A stretch of 54,612 bases of DNA, taken from a virus (taxonomy: Duplodnaviria > Caudoviricetes). Shown in pieces: positions 44,631 through 53,189 of the stretch. The stretch's first letter is position 1. Each line of letters opens with the position of its first letter. Where the stretch lies: the IMG/VR virus record IMGVR_UViG_3300032233_002766, positions 1-54,612 of that record; one strand, 5' to 3'. Position numbers and translations under genes: made by a program. The notes beneath the pieces were generated by a model that was not told the origin of the DNA, did no database searches, and worked only from the letters and a program-made list of their open reading frames with translations.

Positions 44631-45382
44631 TCACTCTTTCTCGCGGCGCCGCCGCCTACACCTTCGCCAACCTCACCGAGCACCCCTACGGCTACGACGA
44701 GTCGGACGTGCGCCGGGGCCGCAGCGCCCGCCGCTGGGCGATCACGGGCATCGTGTCCCGGGGGGATGCCCCGGTGATCACTGGCCTTTATGACGCCTGG
44801 CAGGCGGCCCGGATCCTTGAGGACGATCCAGCCCGCACGGGCGTGGTGGGCGCCACGGTCAGCTTCACCGGCGAGGCCCCGGGATACAACTGGGCCACGG
44901 CCGTGCCCTGCTGGTTCACCGGAGCGCCGCAGATCGCCATGGCGGGGGCGTTCTGCCGAGTGAGCCTGACGCTCACCGATGCAGCCCAGGCGCTGGCGGT
45001 GATCCTGCGGCAGGGGGAGGAGGAGGCCGAGCAGGCCGCACAGCTCAACCTGGGCACCCTGACCTTTGGATCGGCCACGGTGAACCTGACGGCCCGGCCC
45101 ACCGCCTACGCCGATCTGCCGCAGCTCACCCTGAACCCCGCCGGCCGGCACGTGATCACCGGGCCCCTCCAGGCCACCGAGCAGCGGCAGGTGCAGGGCT
45201 GGGTCGATGCCACCAACCTGGCCGCCCTGGAAACCTGGCTCACCACCACCGTGGCCACCACGCCCGCCAGCGGGGCATGGTTCCCCACCAGTTGGAGCCC
45301 CCCGGTGGCCCGGCGCCGCGCTGATGGCAACACCATCGGCACCTACTTCGACGTGTCCTTCACCGTGGCCCGCATCCGATGA
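44627..45382 (+). CDS. Distal tail-type protein (internally duplicated)
   Basis: Follows the tape measure gene; two similar halves. Confidence 0.55.
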   Translation: MITLSRGAAAYTFANLTEHPYGYDESDVRRGRSARRWAITGIVSRGDAPVITGLYDAWQAARILEDDPARTGVVGATVSFTGEAPGYNWATAVPCWFTGAPQIAMAGAFCRVSLTLTDAAQALAVILRQGEEEAEQAAQLNLGTLTFGSATVNLTARPTAYADLPQLTLNPAGRHVITGPLQATEQRQVQGWVDATNLAALETWLTTTVATTPASGAWFPTSWSPPVARRRADGNTIGTYFDVSFTVARIR

Positions 45383-48360
45383 CCACCGACACTCGCGCTT
45401 ACGGCTGGTGCAACCTGGGCCCCCTCGCCCCGGGGGAGAGTTCCATTGGCGATGACCACGTGCAAGGCACCGGCCTGGCGCAGACGAAAGGGACCCTCCG
45501 GCTACTGGGGGTGGTGCGGCCTGCTGCTGGCACCGTGGTCGAGCTGGCGTACTCCGATGGCCAGAACTGGCTGGCCCGGGTGCCGCGGCGGCTGCGGGTG
45601 CTTAGCAGCTTCACTAACCCCCTGGGAACCCCGATCACCACGGTTTCGGTGGGCTGCGACCTGGCCTACGCCGAATCGCGCAAGCCGGTGGCGGCCAACC
45701 CCACCAACACCGATGCCAACCCTTCGGTGCCGGAGGCGGCCAGGCGTGCCGCATCACCGCCGATCCCTGCCGCCTGGCTGGTGGGCAACATCCTCCAGTC
45801 CATCGGCATCACCGCTGCCGGCGCCTGCCCGCTGACCAATCGCTACAACCTCGATGAGTTCAATATGAGCGAGGGGTATGTGCAGGAGCTGGGGAAGTTA
45901 TTGGCAAGCGAGGGATACTTTGCCCGCATGAATGAAGCGGGGTTGCTGGAGTACATCAGCAAGGATCAGGGATTGCAGCCCAGTATCGTGCTGCTGGAGG
46001 ACAACCTGATCGAGATCAACCCGATCAACTCCGGCGAGCTGCCTGGTGATGGGGTGTTTGCGCGGTACACCACCACCAGGCTTAAGCCGCCCGGCAACCT
46101 GAGCGATGAGGAGCGGTCAAAGCGGAACTGGGAAGGGGAGGAGACTATCAGCGGACTCCAGCTGCACATCCAACGATGGACAAGCTACGCAAGGGTGCCG
46201 GTGCTCGATGCGAACGGCAGCCCAACCTTTAAGCAAAAAAGAGACAGGGACGGGAATCCACTTGTCAGCGTGGTTAGCGAGAGCTGGGCGAACGCTGATG
46301 GCAGCACTACAACCAAGACCACCGAGACTCCAATTATGGAGCAGGTCTACGAAACAAAAGCAAGTGAAAACGAGGAGCGAATCAAGTACATAACCATCAC
46401 CCGATCAAGAACGGAATATGACTCATGGGATCGGGTAAGAACGCGAACGACCCAGACAACCGGGCTATGGGGCACAGAGACAAGTCAAACCAGTTACATA
46501 TACAAGCAACCGGTTATGGGCTCCGAAAAGCCAAGCGACTACAGCGATATTGAGGTTGAGCGAACGGTTGCCTACACCCCCGAAGGCGGGATGCTGATGC
46601 AGCTTGGCGCCAATGACCACTTTTTTTCAGTCCAGGGCCCGCGTCTCTATGTGTCGTCAATCAGGGAAACCCGGTTTTACAAAAACCAGATTGAGGGCAT
46701 CAGCAGGACCGTAAACATCAACTGGGTTCCGTATGTCAGTACAACGGACGGCGGGGAAACAATCAGCCGGATGCGTGATGCCGGGGTGTCCTTGGAGGGG
46801 CTTTACCAGCAAGCCGTCCGCCTTGTCGAAGGCGGCTCTGGTGAAACGATCCGCACCGAGCGCGAGTACGGGCTGCAGCGCCGCCCCCCAGAGGCCGCCC
46901 GCCTGGCCGATGCGAACCGCAAAACGCCCGAGCTGGAGGAGGTGGCCAGCATGACCTGGCAGATGGGTTCCCCGGCCTCGCTTACGGCCGTGGAGCTGTC
47001 GCCGCCTTACGTGCCAGACGATCGCCTCGACTGGACCGGCAACATGTGGGTGCTCACTGCCAGTGATGCCCCGCAGAAGGCCTTGGCCTACGCCCGCATC
47101 GAGAACCGCCTGCGACTGGGGCACCGCAACGGCCTCAGCCTGCAGCTCCTGCCCGAACAGGTGCCGCCGGCTCCCTTTGGGCTGGTGTTCATCCGCCTGG
47201 GCGGTTGCACCGGGGCTTATCGCCTGAACGGCACCACCTACACCATCGGCCCTGATGGCTGCGTGGCCACCACCGATGCCCTGTTCTGGGGGGCGATCGA
47301 TGCCACCGCTGGCGCCTCCCCCTGGTTCCCCCTGCCGCCCGACAGCAGTGCCTTGCCCGCCCCTGTCGCGATCACCACGGACCCGAACCCCCGCCCAGCA
47401 AACGCCATCGGCATCCCTCAGGGCTTCAACCCACAGGCGCCGAACCTGACCAGCCTGTTCGCCTCGCTGCCGACCGGTCAGGCGCCGACCTGGGGCCGCA
47501 GCATCAACCCTTCGGTGCTGGTGCGCCCCTACCGGGAGGCGGTGGATCTGGATCTGGGCCTCGGGGCCGGCATCGAGATCGAGCAGCAGCCATGGGTGGC
47601 GGCCGATCCGGTGGATCTGCTGGTGGGCATCGGCGCAGGCGTGGACATGGCGATCGATCTGGCGGTGGGCATCGGCGCGGGGATCCTGATCGAGGTGGAG
47701 GGCCAGTCGGTGAACATGACCCCGCTGCTCACCGCGATCCCCTCCGGGGCGAACATCCTCGACAGCAGCAACCTGGATCCGGCGCCGGGGAGCGGGCTGC
47801 CCTACTCCTGGGCCACCAACCCCGTGGCCGAGCCCATGGTGATCTTCACCCGCTTCACCCTGGCGCAGGTGATCACGATCGTGGGCGTGGGGATTTACGA
47901 CCACGGGCAGAACGGACTGAGCCAAGCGCACGGCTTCTCTCTGTGGGTCGAGGCCACCGGCCAGGCGGTCTCGCTCAACTACGGCAACGGCGTGCAGCAG
48001 GTGACCATCCCATCAGGAACTGCCGCCACCCTGGTGGGCCCCTATCGCGTTGTGGCGCTGGCCTCACCGCAGACCCTGCAGGCCGGCACCTACTGGATGG
48101 GCACCACGATGCCCACCACCGGGGCCGATGCGATTGCGGCCATCCCCGAGGGCAGCGGCACCTGGAACGCAGCGGTCAACAACACCAGCAACAGCCCCAC
48201 AACCAGCTCCCTTGTATTCCAGTACGCCCCGCAGTCAAATCCTCAGGTGAGCTTCGATATCATCAATGACCCAGACGCGCACACCGATGATTGGCGCTTT
48301 GCCATCAGCGGAAACAACAAGCGAGTGCCGATCGGGCCGATGCTGTTTGTAGCTGCCTGA
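45379..48360 (+). CDS. Large tail tip/hub protein
   Basis: 993 aa; C-terminal beta domain (GVGIYD...LASPQTLQAGTYW). Confidence 0.65.
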   Translation: MTTDTRAYGWCNLGPLAPGESSIGDDHVQGTGLAQTKGTLRLLGVVRPAAGTVVELAYSDGQNWLARVPRRLRVLSSFTNPLGTPITTVSVGCDLAYAESRKPVAANPTNTDANPSVPEAARRAASPPIPAAWLVGNILQSIGITAAGACPLTNRYNLDEFNMSEGYVQELGKLLASEGYFARMNEAGLLEYISKDQGLQPSIVLLEDNLIEINPINSGELPGDGVFARYTTTRLKPPGNLSDEERSKRNWEGEETISGLQLHIQRWTSYARVPVLDANGSPTFKQKRDRDGNPLVSVVSESWANADGSTTTKTTETPIMEQVYETKASENEERIKYITITRSRTEYDSWDRVRTRTTQTTGLWGTETSQTSYIYKQPVMGSEKPSDYSDIEVERTVAYTPEGGMLMQLGANDHFFSVQGPRLYVSSIRETRFYKNQIEGISRTVNINWVPYVSTTDGGETISRMRDAGVSLEGLYQQAVRLVEGGSGETIRTEREYGLQRRPPEAARLADANRKTPELEEVASMTWQMGSPASLTAVELSPPYVPDDRLDWTGNMWVLTASDAPQKALAYARIENRLRLGHRNGLSLQLLPEQVPPAPFGLVFIRLGGCTGAYRLNGTTYTIGPDGCVATTDALFWGAIDATAGASPWFPLPPDSSALPAPVAITTDPNPRPANAIGIPQGFNPQAPNLTSLFASLPTGQAPTWGRSINPSVLVRPYREAVDLDLGLGAGIEIEQQPWVAADPVDLLVGIGAGVDMAIDLAVGIGAGILIEVEGQSVNMTPLLTAIPSGANILDSSNLDPAPGSGLPYSWATNPVAEPMVIFTRFTLAQVITIVGVGIYDHGQNGLSQAHGFSLWVEATGQAVSLNYGNGVQQVTIPSGTAATLVGPYRVVALASPQTLQAGTYWMGTTMPTTGADAIAAIPEGSGTWNAAVNNTSNSPTTSSLVFQYAPQSNPQVSFDIINDPDAHTDDWRFAISGNNKRVPIGPMLFVAA

Positions 48361-48365
48361 CCCCC

Positions 48366-48376
48366 CGGGAAAACTG
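48366..48376 (+). promoter_or_regulatory. Late promoter-like motif CGGGAAAACTG
   Basis: 20 nt before ATG 48397. Confidence 0.7.
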
Positions 48377-48396
48377 CCGCAGAGACTGGCTGCGGT

Positions 48397-48843
48397 ATGG
48401 CTGCTTCGATGATCGTCACCCCCTATGCGCAGGGGGCGATGTGGGCGGCCTGGGCCCAAGGCAAGGCGGCGCGGTTGTGTTTGGCGCAGAACGCCGGCAG
48501 CCTCACGCAGGCCAGCACCACCGCGCAATGGGATGCGGCCGAGATCAGCGGGAACGGCTACAGCCGCTTTACCTGGACCCTGCCGGCAGGGAGCTACGAC
48601 GGCACCGCAGGCCGCTTCCAGGCGCCCGTGCAGCAGGCGACCTTCACGGCATCAAGCGCAGGGGTTGGCCTGAGCTTCAACGCCCTGTACCTGGTGCTGG
48701 GCAGCGGCACCGGCCAAAACATCACCTGGGATACGGGCATCACGGCGATTTTCGCCGAAAGCCCCTCGGTGGCCCTGGCCCCGGGTGAGCCCCGGGCCTA
48801 CAACGTGCGCCTGTTCACTGACAACATCATCGCCACCAGCTGA
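48397..48843 (+). CDS. Virion structural/tail protein
   Basis: EISGNGYSR motif typical of small tail proteins. Confidence 0.65.
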   Translation: MAASMIVTPYAQGAMWAAWAQGKAARLCLAQNAGSLTQASTTAQWDAAEISGNGYSRFTWTLPAGSYDGTAGRFQAPVQQATFTASSAGVGLSFNALYLVLGSGTGQNITWDTGITAIFAESPSVALAPGEPRAYNVRLFTDNIIATS

Positions 48844-50030
48844 TGCCAACCCGCGTCGGGCTGGTTCTGCCGCCGCAGCTGCTCGAATCGGCACGGGCGG
48901 CGCAGCTGGCCAACCGGCAGCGGCTGCTTGCGCGTGAGGCGAGGGAGCGCCTGCGGGATCGAGCGCAGCTGCAGGCCGAGAAGGCGAGGGCGGCCACGGG
49001 GCTGCCGCTGTGGCCCGGGGCTGTGCCCGAGGTGCGGACGGAACAGCGCGGCCGGCTCTGGACGCGGCGCCAGCGACTGATGCGGGGGGTGATCACCCAT
49101 GGCTTTTATCAGGTGTATGGCCAGGACATAAACAGCTTCACCGTAAACAGGATTATTCGGATCTATAGCCTCAGCGGCAGCAGTTACAGCGAATACGGCT
49201 ATACCTATCAGAACCTTGGCGCCCTGCTCGGCGCCTTGCGCCATCCCGCTTCTGTGGGCAGCGCAATCACCGACAGCGATGCCAAGCTGGCAACTTATCC
49301 AGTATCTGAATCATCCTTTGTGATGGTTGAGATAAACGCCAAAACCACTACACCAATTATCAATACTGGGGTGGAGACCATCGTGGGCGGGATTGGCCCG
49401 GCTGCGGCTGCAATCATTGACGCCAACCCATACCGTAATTTTCTGCTTTACACTCGCACAGAGCAGAATTGGGCCATATTCGCCGTTTACCTACTTGGAC
49501 AAGATGCCTACGAACTGGGCTATCGCGCTTGGCTGGTGCATCAATCTGGGGTCAAGGAGATCACCGTGCCGCAGCAGTTCATCCAGCAGGCGACAGCTGC
49601 CACAATGCAAACCACTCAGGGCGACTACTACACCGGGCCGGTCATTCCAGGCTCCGGCACTTCGGGCAGGCCGGATGAGCCGCCGAGGGCCGTGCTGCGC
49701 ACCACTGGCAACAGGCTGGCCTTCACCAAAGCGGCGCAGCGCTTCACGGCAGGCACCTATGGGCTCGTGCAGGTGCCGCCAATCGTGAGCGTTACACCGC
49801 CGACCGATCCGATCTTCAGTTACGCCACCGATGGCGCCTTGTTCAACGACTACGAGGAGCCGATCATTCCGCAGGACTTGGCTGGCATCCTGGCCAATCC
49901 GCCGTTTGGAACCTCCCTGGCGTTCCCGTACCGCTTCTCAACCACGATGCCCAACAGTCAGGCCCTGCCGCGGGCGCCGATCGCTTACCTGCAGGATTTG
50001 GGCTTCTCCACCGCTGACCTCACCCCATGA
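48843..50030 (+). CDS. Putative tail/receptor-binding protein
   Basis: Helical N-terminus and lower-GC middle region. Confidence 0.5.
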   Translation: MPTRVGLVLPPQLLESARAAQLANRQRLLAREARERLRDRAQLQAEKARAATGLPLWPGAVPEVRTEQRGRLWTRRQRLMRGVITHGFYQVYGQDINSFTVNRIIRIYSLSGSSYSEYGYTYQNLGALLGALRHPASVGSAITDSDAKLATYPVSESSFVMVEINAKTTTPIINTGVETIVGGIGPAAAAIIDANPYRNFLLYTRTEQNWAIFAVYLLGQDAYELGYRAWLVHQSGVKEITVPQQFIQQATAATMQTTQGDYYTGPVIPGSGTSGRPDEPPRAVLRTTGNRLAFTKAAQRFTAGTYGLVQVPPIVSVTPPTDPIFSYATDGALFNDYEEPIIPQDLAGILANPPFGTSLAFPYRFSTTMPNSQALPRAPIAYLQDLGFSTADLTP

Positions 50031-50164
50031 CCCCTCCGCCCCTGCCGCTGAGCCTGCTGGAGACCTCCCGCCTGGTGGCCATCGCCAACCGCCAGCGGCT
50101 GCTCAATGAGGAAGCTGATCGGCGGGTGATCGCTGCAGCGGTCGCGCAAGCCCTGAAGGGATAG
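50027..50164 (+). CDS. Small protein paralogous to the N-terminus of the 48843 protein (45 aa; not in ORF track)
   Basis: LPLSLLETSRLVAIANRQRLL versus LPPQLLESARAAQLANRQRLL. Confidence 0.6.
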   Translation: MTPPPLPLSLLETSRLVAIANRQRLLNEEADRRVIAAAVAQALKG

Positions 50165-50176
50165 CGCTAATCGGGC

Positions 50177-50187
50177 CGGGAAAACTG
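50177..50187 (+). promoter_or_regulatory. Late promoter-like motif CGGGAAAACTG
   Basis: Upstream of the scaffold gene. Confidence 0.7.
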
Positions 50188-50227
50188 CTGGGCAACTTGC
50201 ACCGGCGGCGCGATGCCCCGGCAACGC

Positions 50228-51040
50228 ATGAACATCTCTCAGTTTGATCGGCTCACCGGAATGGCCGATGAATGGCTGCGGCCGTGGGCTATGACCGTGG
50301 ACACCAGCCCCGAGGGTGAGGGCGAAGGTGGTGGCGGTGGCGATGAGATGGATGCCGATGATCCCTCCCTCGGTGAGGCCGGCCAGAAGGCACTGAAGTC
50401 GGAGCGCGAGGCACGCAAGGCCCTGGAGCGGCAGATGGCGCAGCTGCAGCAGCAGCTGGCCGCCGTCAAGGATCTCAACCCCGAGGCGTACCGGGCCGCC
50501 CAGGAGAAGGCCAACGAGCTTGAGCGCCGGCTGGCGGAGCGGGAACAGCTCACCGCAGCGGAGCGCCAGCGGCTGGAGGCCAAATCACAGCAGCAGGTGG
50601 CTGCCGCCAAGAAGGAGGCCGACACCGAGCGGGCCAAGCGAATCGACCTGCAGACCCGCACCCTGGCCCGCGGGGTGTTTTCCGCCGCCGAAGGCCGCGA
50701 TGGCGCCGACTCGGGCGGGCTGACGTTCTTCGATGCCTACTTCGAGTTCCAGGGCCGGCGCCACTTCCGGGTCGATGAGGCCACCGGGAAGCTGTTTGTG
50801 GTCGATGCCGATGGCGATCGGATCAAGACCGCAGACGGACAGGACGTGGATCCTGTGACCTGGTTGAACCAGCAGGCCGACACCAGCGCCGTGATCGGCA
50901 GCTTCTTCAAGCCCAAGGGCGGCGTGGGCTCTGGTGGTCTGAGCGGTGCCCGCGGGGTGCGGGGGGTGCAGGGTCGCTCGGTGGAGGACGCCCGGCGACA
51001 GAGCGCCAGCAGCCTCCTCGAGGAGCACTACGCCGGCTGA
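50228..51040 (+). CDS. Capsid scaffolding protein
   Basis: LGEAGQKALKSEREARK coiled coil, FFKPKGGVGSGG; precedes the capsid gene; start could be 50213. Confidence 0.8.
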   Translation: MNISQFDRLTGMADEWLRPWAMTVDTSPEGEGEGGGGGDEMDADDPSLGEAGQKALKSEREARKALERQMAQLQQQLAAVKDLNPEAYRAAQEKANELERRLAEREQLTAAERQRLEAKSQQQVAAAKKEADTERAKRIDLQTRTLARGVFSAAEGRDGADSGGLTFFDAYFEFQGRRHFRVDEATGKLFVVDADGDRIKTADGQDVDPVTWLNQQADTSAVIGSFFKPKGGVGSGGLSGARGVRGVQGRSVEDARRQSASSLLEEHYAG

Positions 51041-51059
51041 TCCGGCAGTAACGGCGAGC

Positions 51060-51070
51060 CGGGAAAACTG
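51060..51070 (+). promoter_or_regulatory. Late promoter-like motif CGGGAAAACTG
   Basis: Begins a 164-nt structured leader of the capsid gene. Confidence 0.7.
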
Positions 51071-51234
51071 CGGGTGATCCAGAGCGCGATGCCGCGGGTC
51101 ACCCGCACCGGGCGCGATGCCGGGGGCGCCACAACCAATGACCACTGCCGACACGGGCACCAGGCGGCGCGATGCCGCACAACGGCCGCCCTTGTCGAGA
51201 TCCCCACTGCTATCCCTCATCCCCTTTTTCACCC

Positions 51235-52209
51235 GTGGCATCCACAACCCTTTGGGAGCATTTCGCGACCCGCACCACCGCCCAAGCCCCCGCCCTGGAG
51301 CTGGCCGTTCTGCAGGTGCTGAACACCGGCGAACTGGCTCCCGTGATCCCCTGGGTCACCGCCAACTCCGGCGCCGCTCACGTCTACTCGATGGACGATG
51401 AGCTCCCTTCCGCTGACCCCCGCCTTTTTGATGAGGCGAACGACGACAGCCAGGGATCCGTCAAGACCGAAACCGAGATCCTGAAGATTTACGGGAAGGA
51501 CGTGAAGACCGACAGCTCCAAGGTGGCGCTGCTCGGCATCAGTGCCCACGCCCGCCAGATCGAAGCCAGCTCCCGTGCGCTGCGCATGAACATCGAGCGC
51601 GATTTCGTCAGGGGCCAGGGCGGGCAGAGCAATGGCCGCCAGATGGATGGTCTTCGCACGAAGATCAACATCGGCTCCTCCCAGGCCATCGCCAACCACG
51701 CCACCGGCGCAGGCCTTTCCTTCGCTGCCCTCGACAACCTGATCGATGCGGTCGATGGCCCCAACGATCAGAAGCGTCTGGTCATGCCAAAGACCATTGC
51801 GGTTCGGTTCGCTGCTGCCGCTCGCGCTGTCGGCATCGCTGGCACCGTGAACTTCGACATGAACGGCATCGGCCGGCGGGCGATGTTCTACGGCGACGTG
51901 GAGATCCTGCGCACTGATGTGGACGCTCGCAACGCCCCCATCCAGGGCTTCGATGATCCCGGCGCCGGCAGCAACACCGCCAGCATCTATTGCGTGGCGA
52001 TGGGCGAAGGCCTGACCTCCGGCATCCAGGGCCCGTCCCTCGATGCTGACGGGGGCCTGAATAACGGCCTGACGGTGTACGACGTGGGCGAGGGCTTCCA
52101 GACCCCTCACCGCCTGACCCGTATCTCCTGGCACGCCGCCATGGTGATCGAGAACAAGCGCTCGGCCGCTCGCCTCTACAACATCAACAACGCCGCGATC
52201 ACCGCCTGA
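51235..52209 (+). CDS. Major capsid protein (HK97 fold)
   Basis: 324 aa; LPSADPR.FDE, KIYGKDVKTD, MDGLRTKI, LDNLIDAV, AARLYNI. Confidence 0.85.
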   Translation: MASTTLWEHFATRTTAQAPALELAVLQVLNTGELAPVIPWVTANSGAAHVYSMDDELPSADPRLFDEANDDSQGSVKTETEILKIYGKDVKTDSSKVALLGISAHARQIEASSRALRMNIERDFVRGQGGQSNGRQMDGLRTKINIGSSQAIANHATGAGLSFAALDNLIDAVDGPNDQKRLVMPKTIAVRFAAAARAVGIAGTVNFDMNGIGRRAMFYGDVEILRTDVDARNAPIQGFDDPGAGSNTASIYCVAMGEGLTSGIQGPSLDADGGLNNGLTVYDVGEGFQTPHRLTRISWHAAMVIENKRSAARLYNINNAAITA

Positions 52210-52250
52210 TCCTGATCCAGATCCACACGTCCTTCATTCCCCTCTAAGCC

Positions 52251-52727
52251 ATGCCCCAAGCAACAGGACTGGCGCCCCGGCGCTCCTACCTCATCGATCG
52301 TGAATCCGTCCTTCTGGGCGCGGTTCGCGCCGGTGATGGCGCCGCCGCCGAAACCCGCACCGGTGCCGCCCGCATCGTGCCTTTTACCCTCAACTCCTGC
52401 GAAACCTTCCGGGTGATCGCGGTTGGTGGCCAGGCCGCCTCGGCCGGCGGCTACAGGGTCCAGGTGGCGCACGTGCCCATCGGCGGCGCTGTCGGCGATG
52501 CCAACCCCTCCGCCTACGTGGAGATCGGCACCATCAGTTTCAACGGCCTCAACCAGGTGGAGATTGGCCGCTCTGGCGCTGAGATCGAGGCCGCCATCCG
52601 GGCAGCCGCAAGCCCCGCCATCGTCGGCGACGTGCGAGCTGTGGCCGTGCGCCTGGTCGCCGGCACCGGCACCGGCGGCCTGAACGCTCCCGCCGGCACC
52701 GGCAACACCATCCACGTCCAGCGCTGA
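52251..52727 (+). CDS. Putative capsid decoration protein
   Basis: Beta-rich 158 aa protein between the capsid gene and a terminator. Confidence 0.55.
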   Translation: MPQATGLAPRRSYLIDRESVLLGAVRAGDGAAAETRTGAARIVPFTLNSCETFRVIAVGGQAASAGGYRVQVAHVPIGGAVGDANPSAYVEIGTISFNGLNQVEIGRSGAEIEAAIRAAASPAIVGDVRAVAVRLVAGTGTGGLNAPAGTGNTIHVQR

Positions 52728-52751
52728 TCGCCCAGCGACCAGAGAACAGCA

Positions 52752-52777
52752 GGGGAGGCTTCGGCCTCCCCCTTTTT
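52752..52777 (+). terminator. Intrinsic terminator
   Basis: GGGGAGGC-TTCG-GCCTCCCC followed by CTTTTT. Confidence 0.9.
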
Positions 52778-52795
52778 GTGGCTGCCGATCTGAGC

Positions 52796-52806
52796 CGGGA
52801 AAACTG
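52796..52806 (+). promoter_or_regulatory. Late promoter-like motif CGGGAAAACTG
   Basis: 20 nt before ATG 52827. Confidence 0.7.
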
Positions 52807-52826
52807 CCAGCAGGAGGCACTACCGC

Positions 52827-53189
52827 ATGGCCTGGATTGAGGACTACGCCTGGACCCTGGAGCAGGGTATCGCCGCCCGGCTGGAACTGCGGATGTTTGC
52901 CGATACCCTGAAAACTGAGCCATGGGTATTCACTAACTGGATCATTTACGGGTTCGTCAGTAATAAGAACCGCTCAGAGATTTACCAGCTGGACATGAGC
53001 CAGTCCAATCCGGCCACCGGCTCCCTGGTGGCGATCCTGCCCGAGGCCTCGGTGAATGTCCTGGTGGTGGGCCGGGAGTATTTCTTCGACCTGCTCGGCA
53101 TCGCCCCCGGCACCGAACCGGCCGACGATCATCACATCGCCTTTGGGCAGGCCGTGCCCGTGTTCCGCCCCGCCAGGAGGCCCGTATGA
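52827..53189 (+). CDS. Tail fibre attachment/baseplate-upper-like small protein
   Basis: TLEQG...TGSLVAILP...YFFDL pattern; ATGA-coupled to the fibre gene. Confidence 0.5.
   Translation: MAWIEDYAWTLEQGIAARLELRMFADTLKTEPWVFTNWIIYGFVSNKNRSEIYQLDMSQSNPATGSLVAILPEASVNVLVVGREYFFDLLGIAPGTEPADDHHIAFGQAVPVFRPARRPV

Noticed and set aside
51084-51176. GCGCGATGCC repeats as a mini CRISPR array
   Set aside because: The repeat is only 10-11 nt with irregular spacing, and no cas genes are present
2015-52134. Many long antisense or alternative-frame ORFs in the track (e.g. 27939-29522, 30806-32533, 8972-10114, 46657-47931)
   Set aside because: They are shadows of real genes in high-GC DNA, with no recognisable motifs
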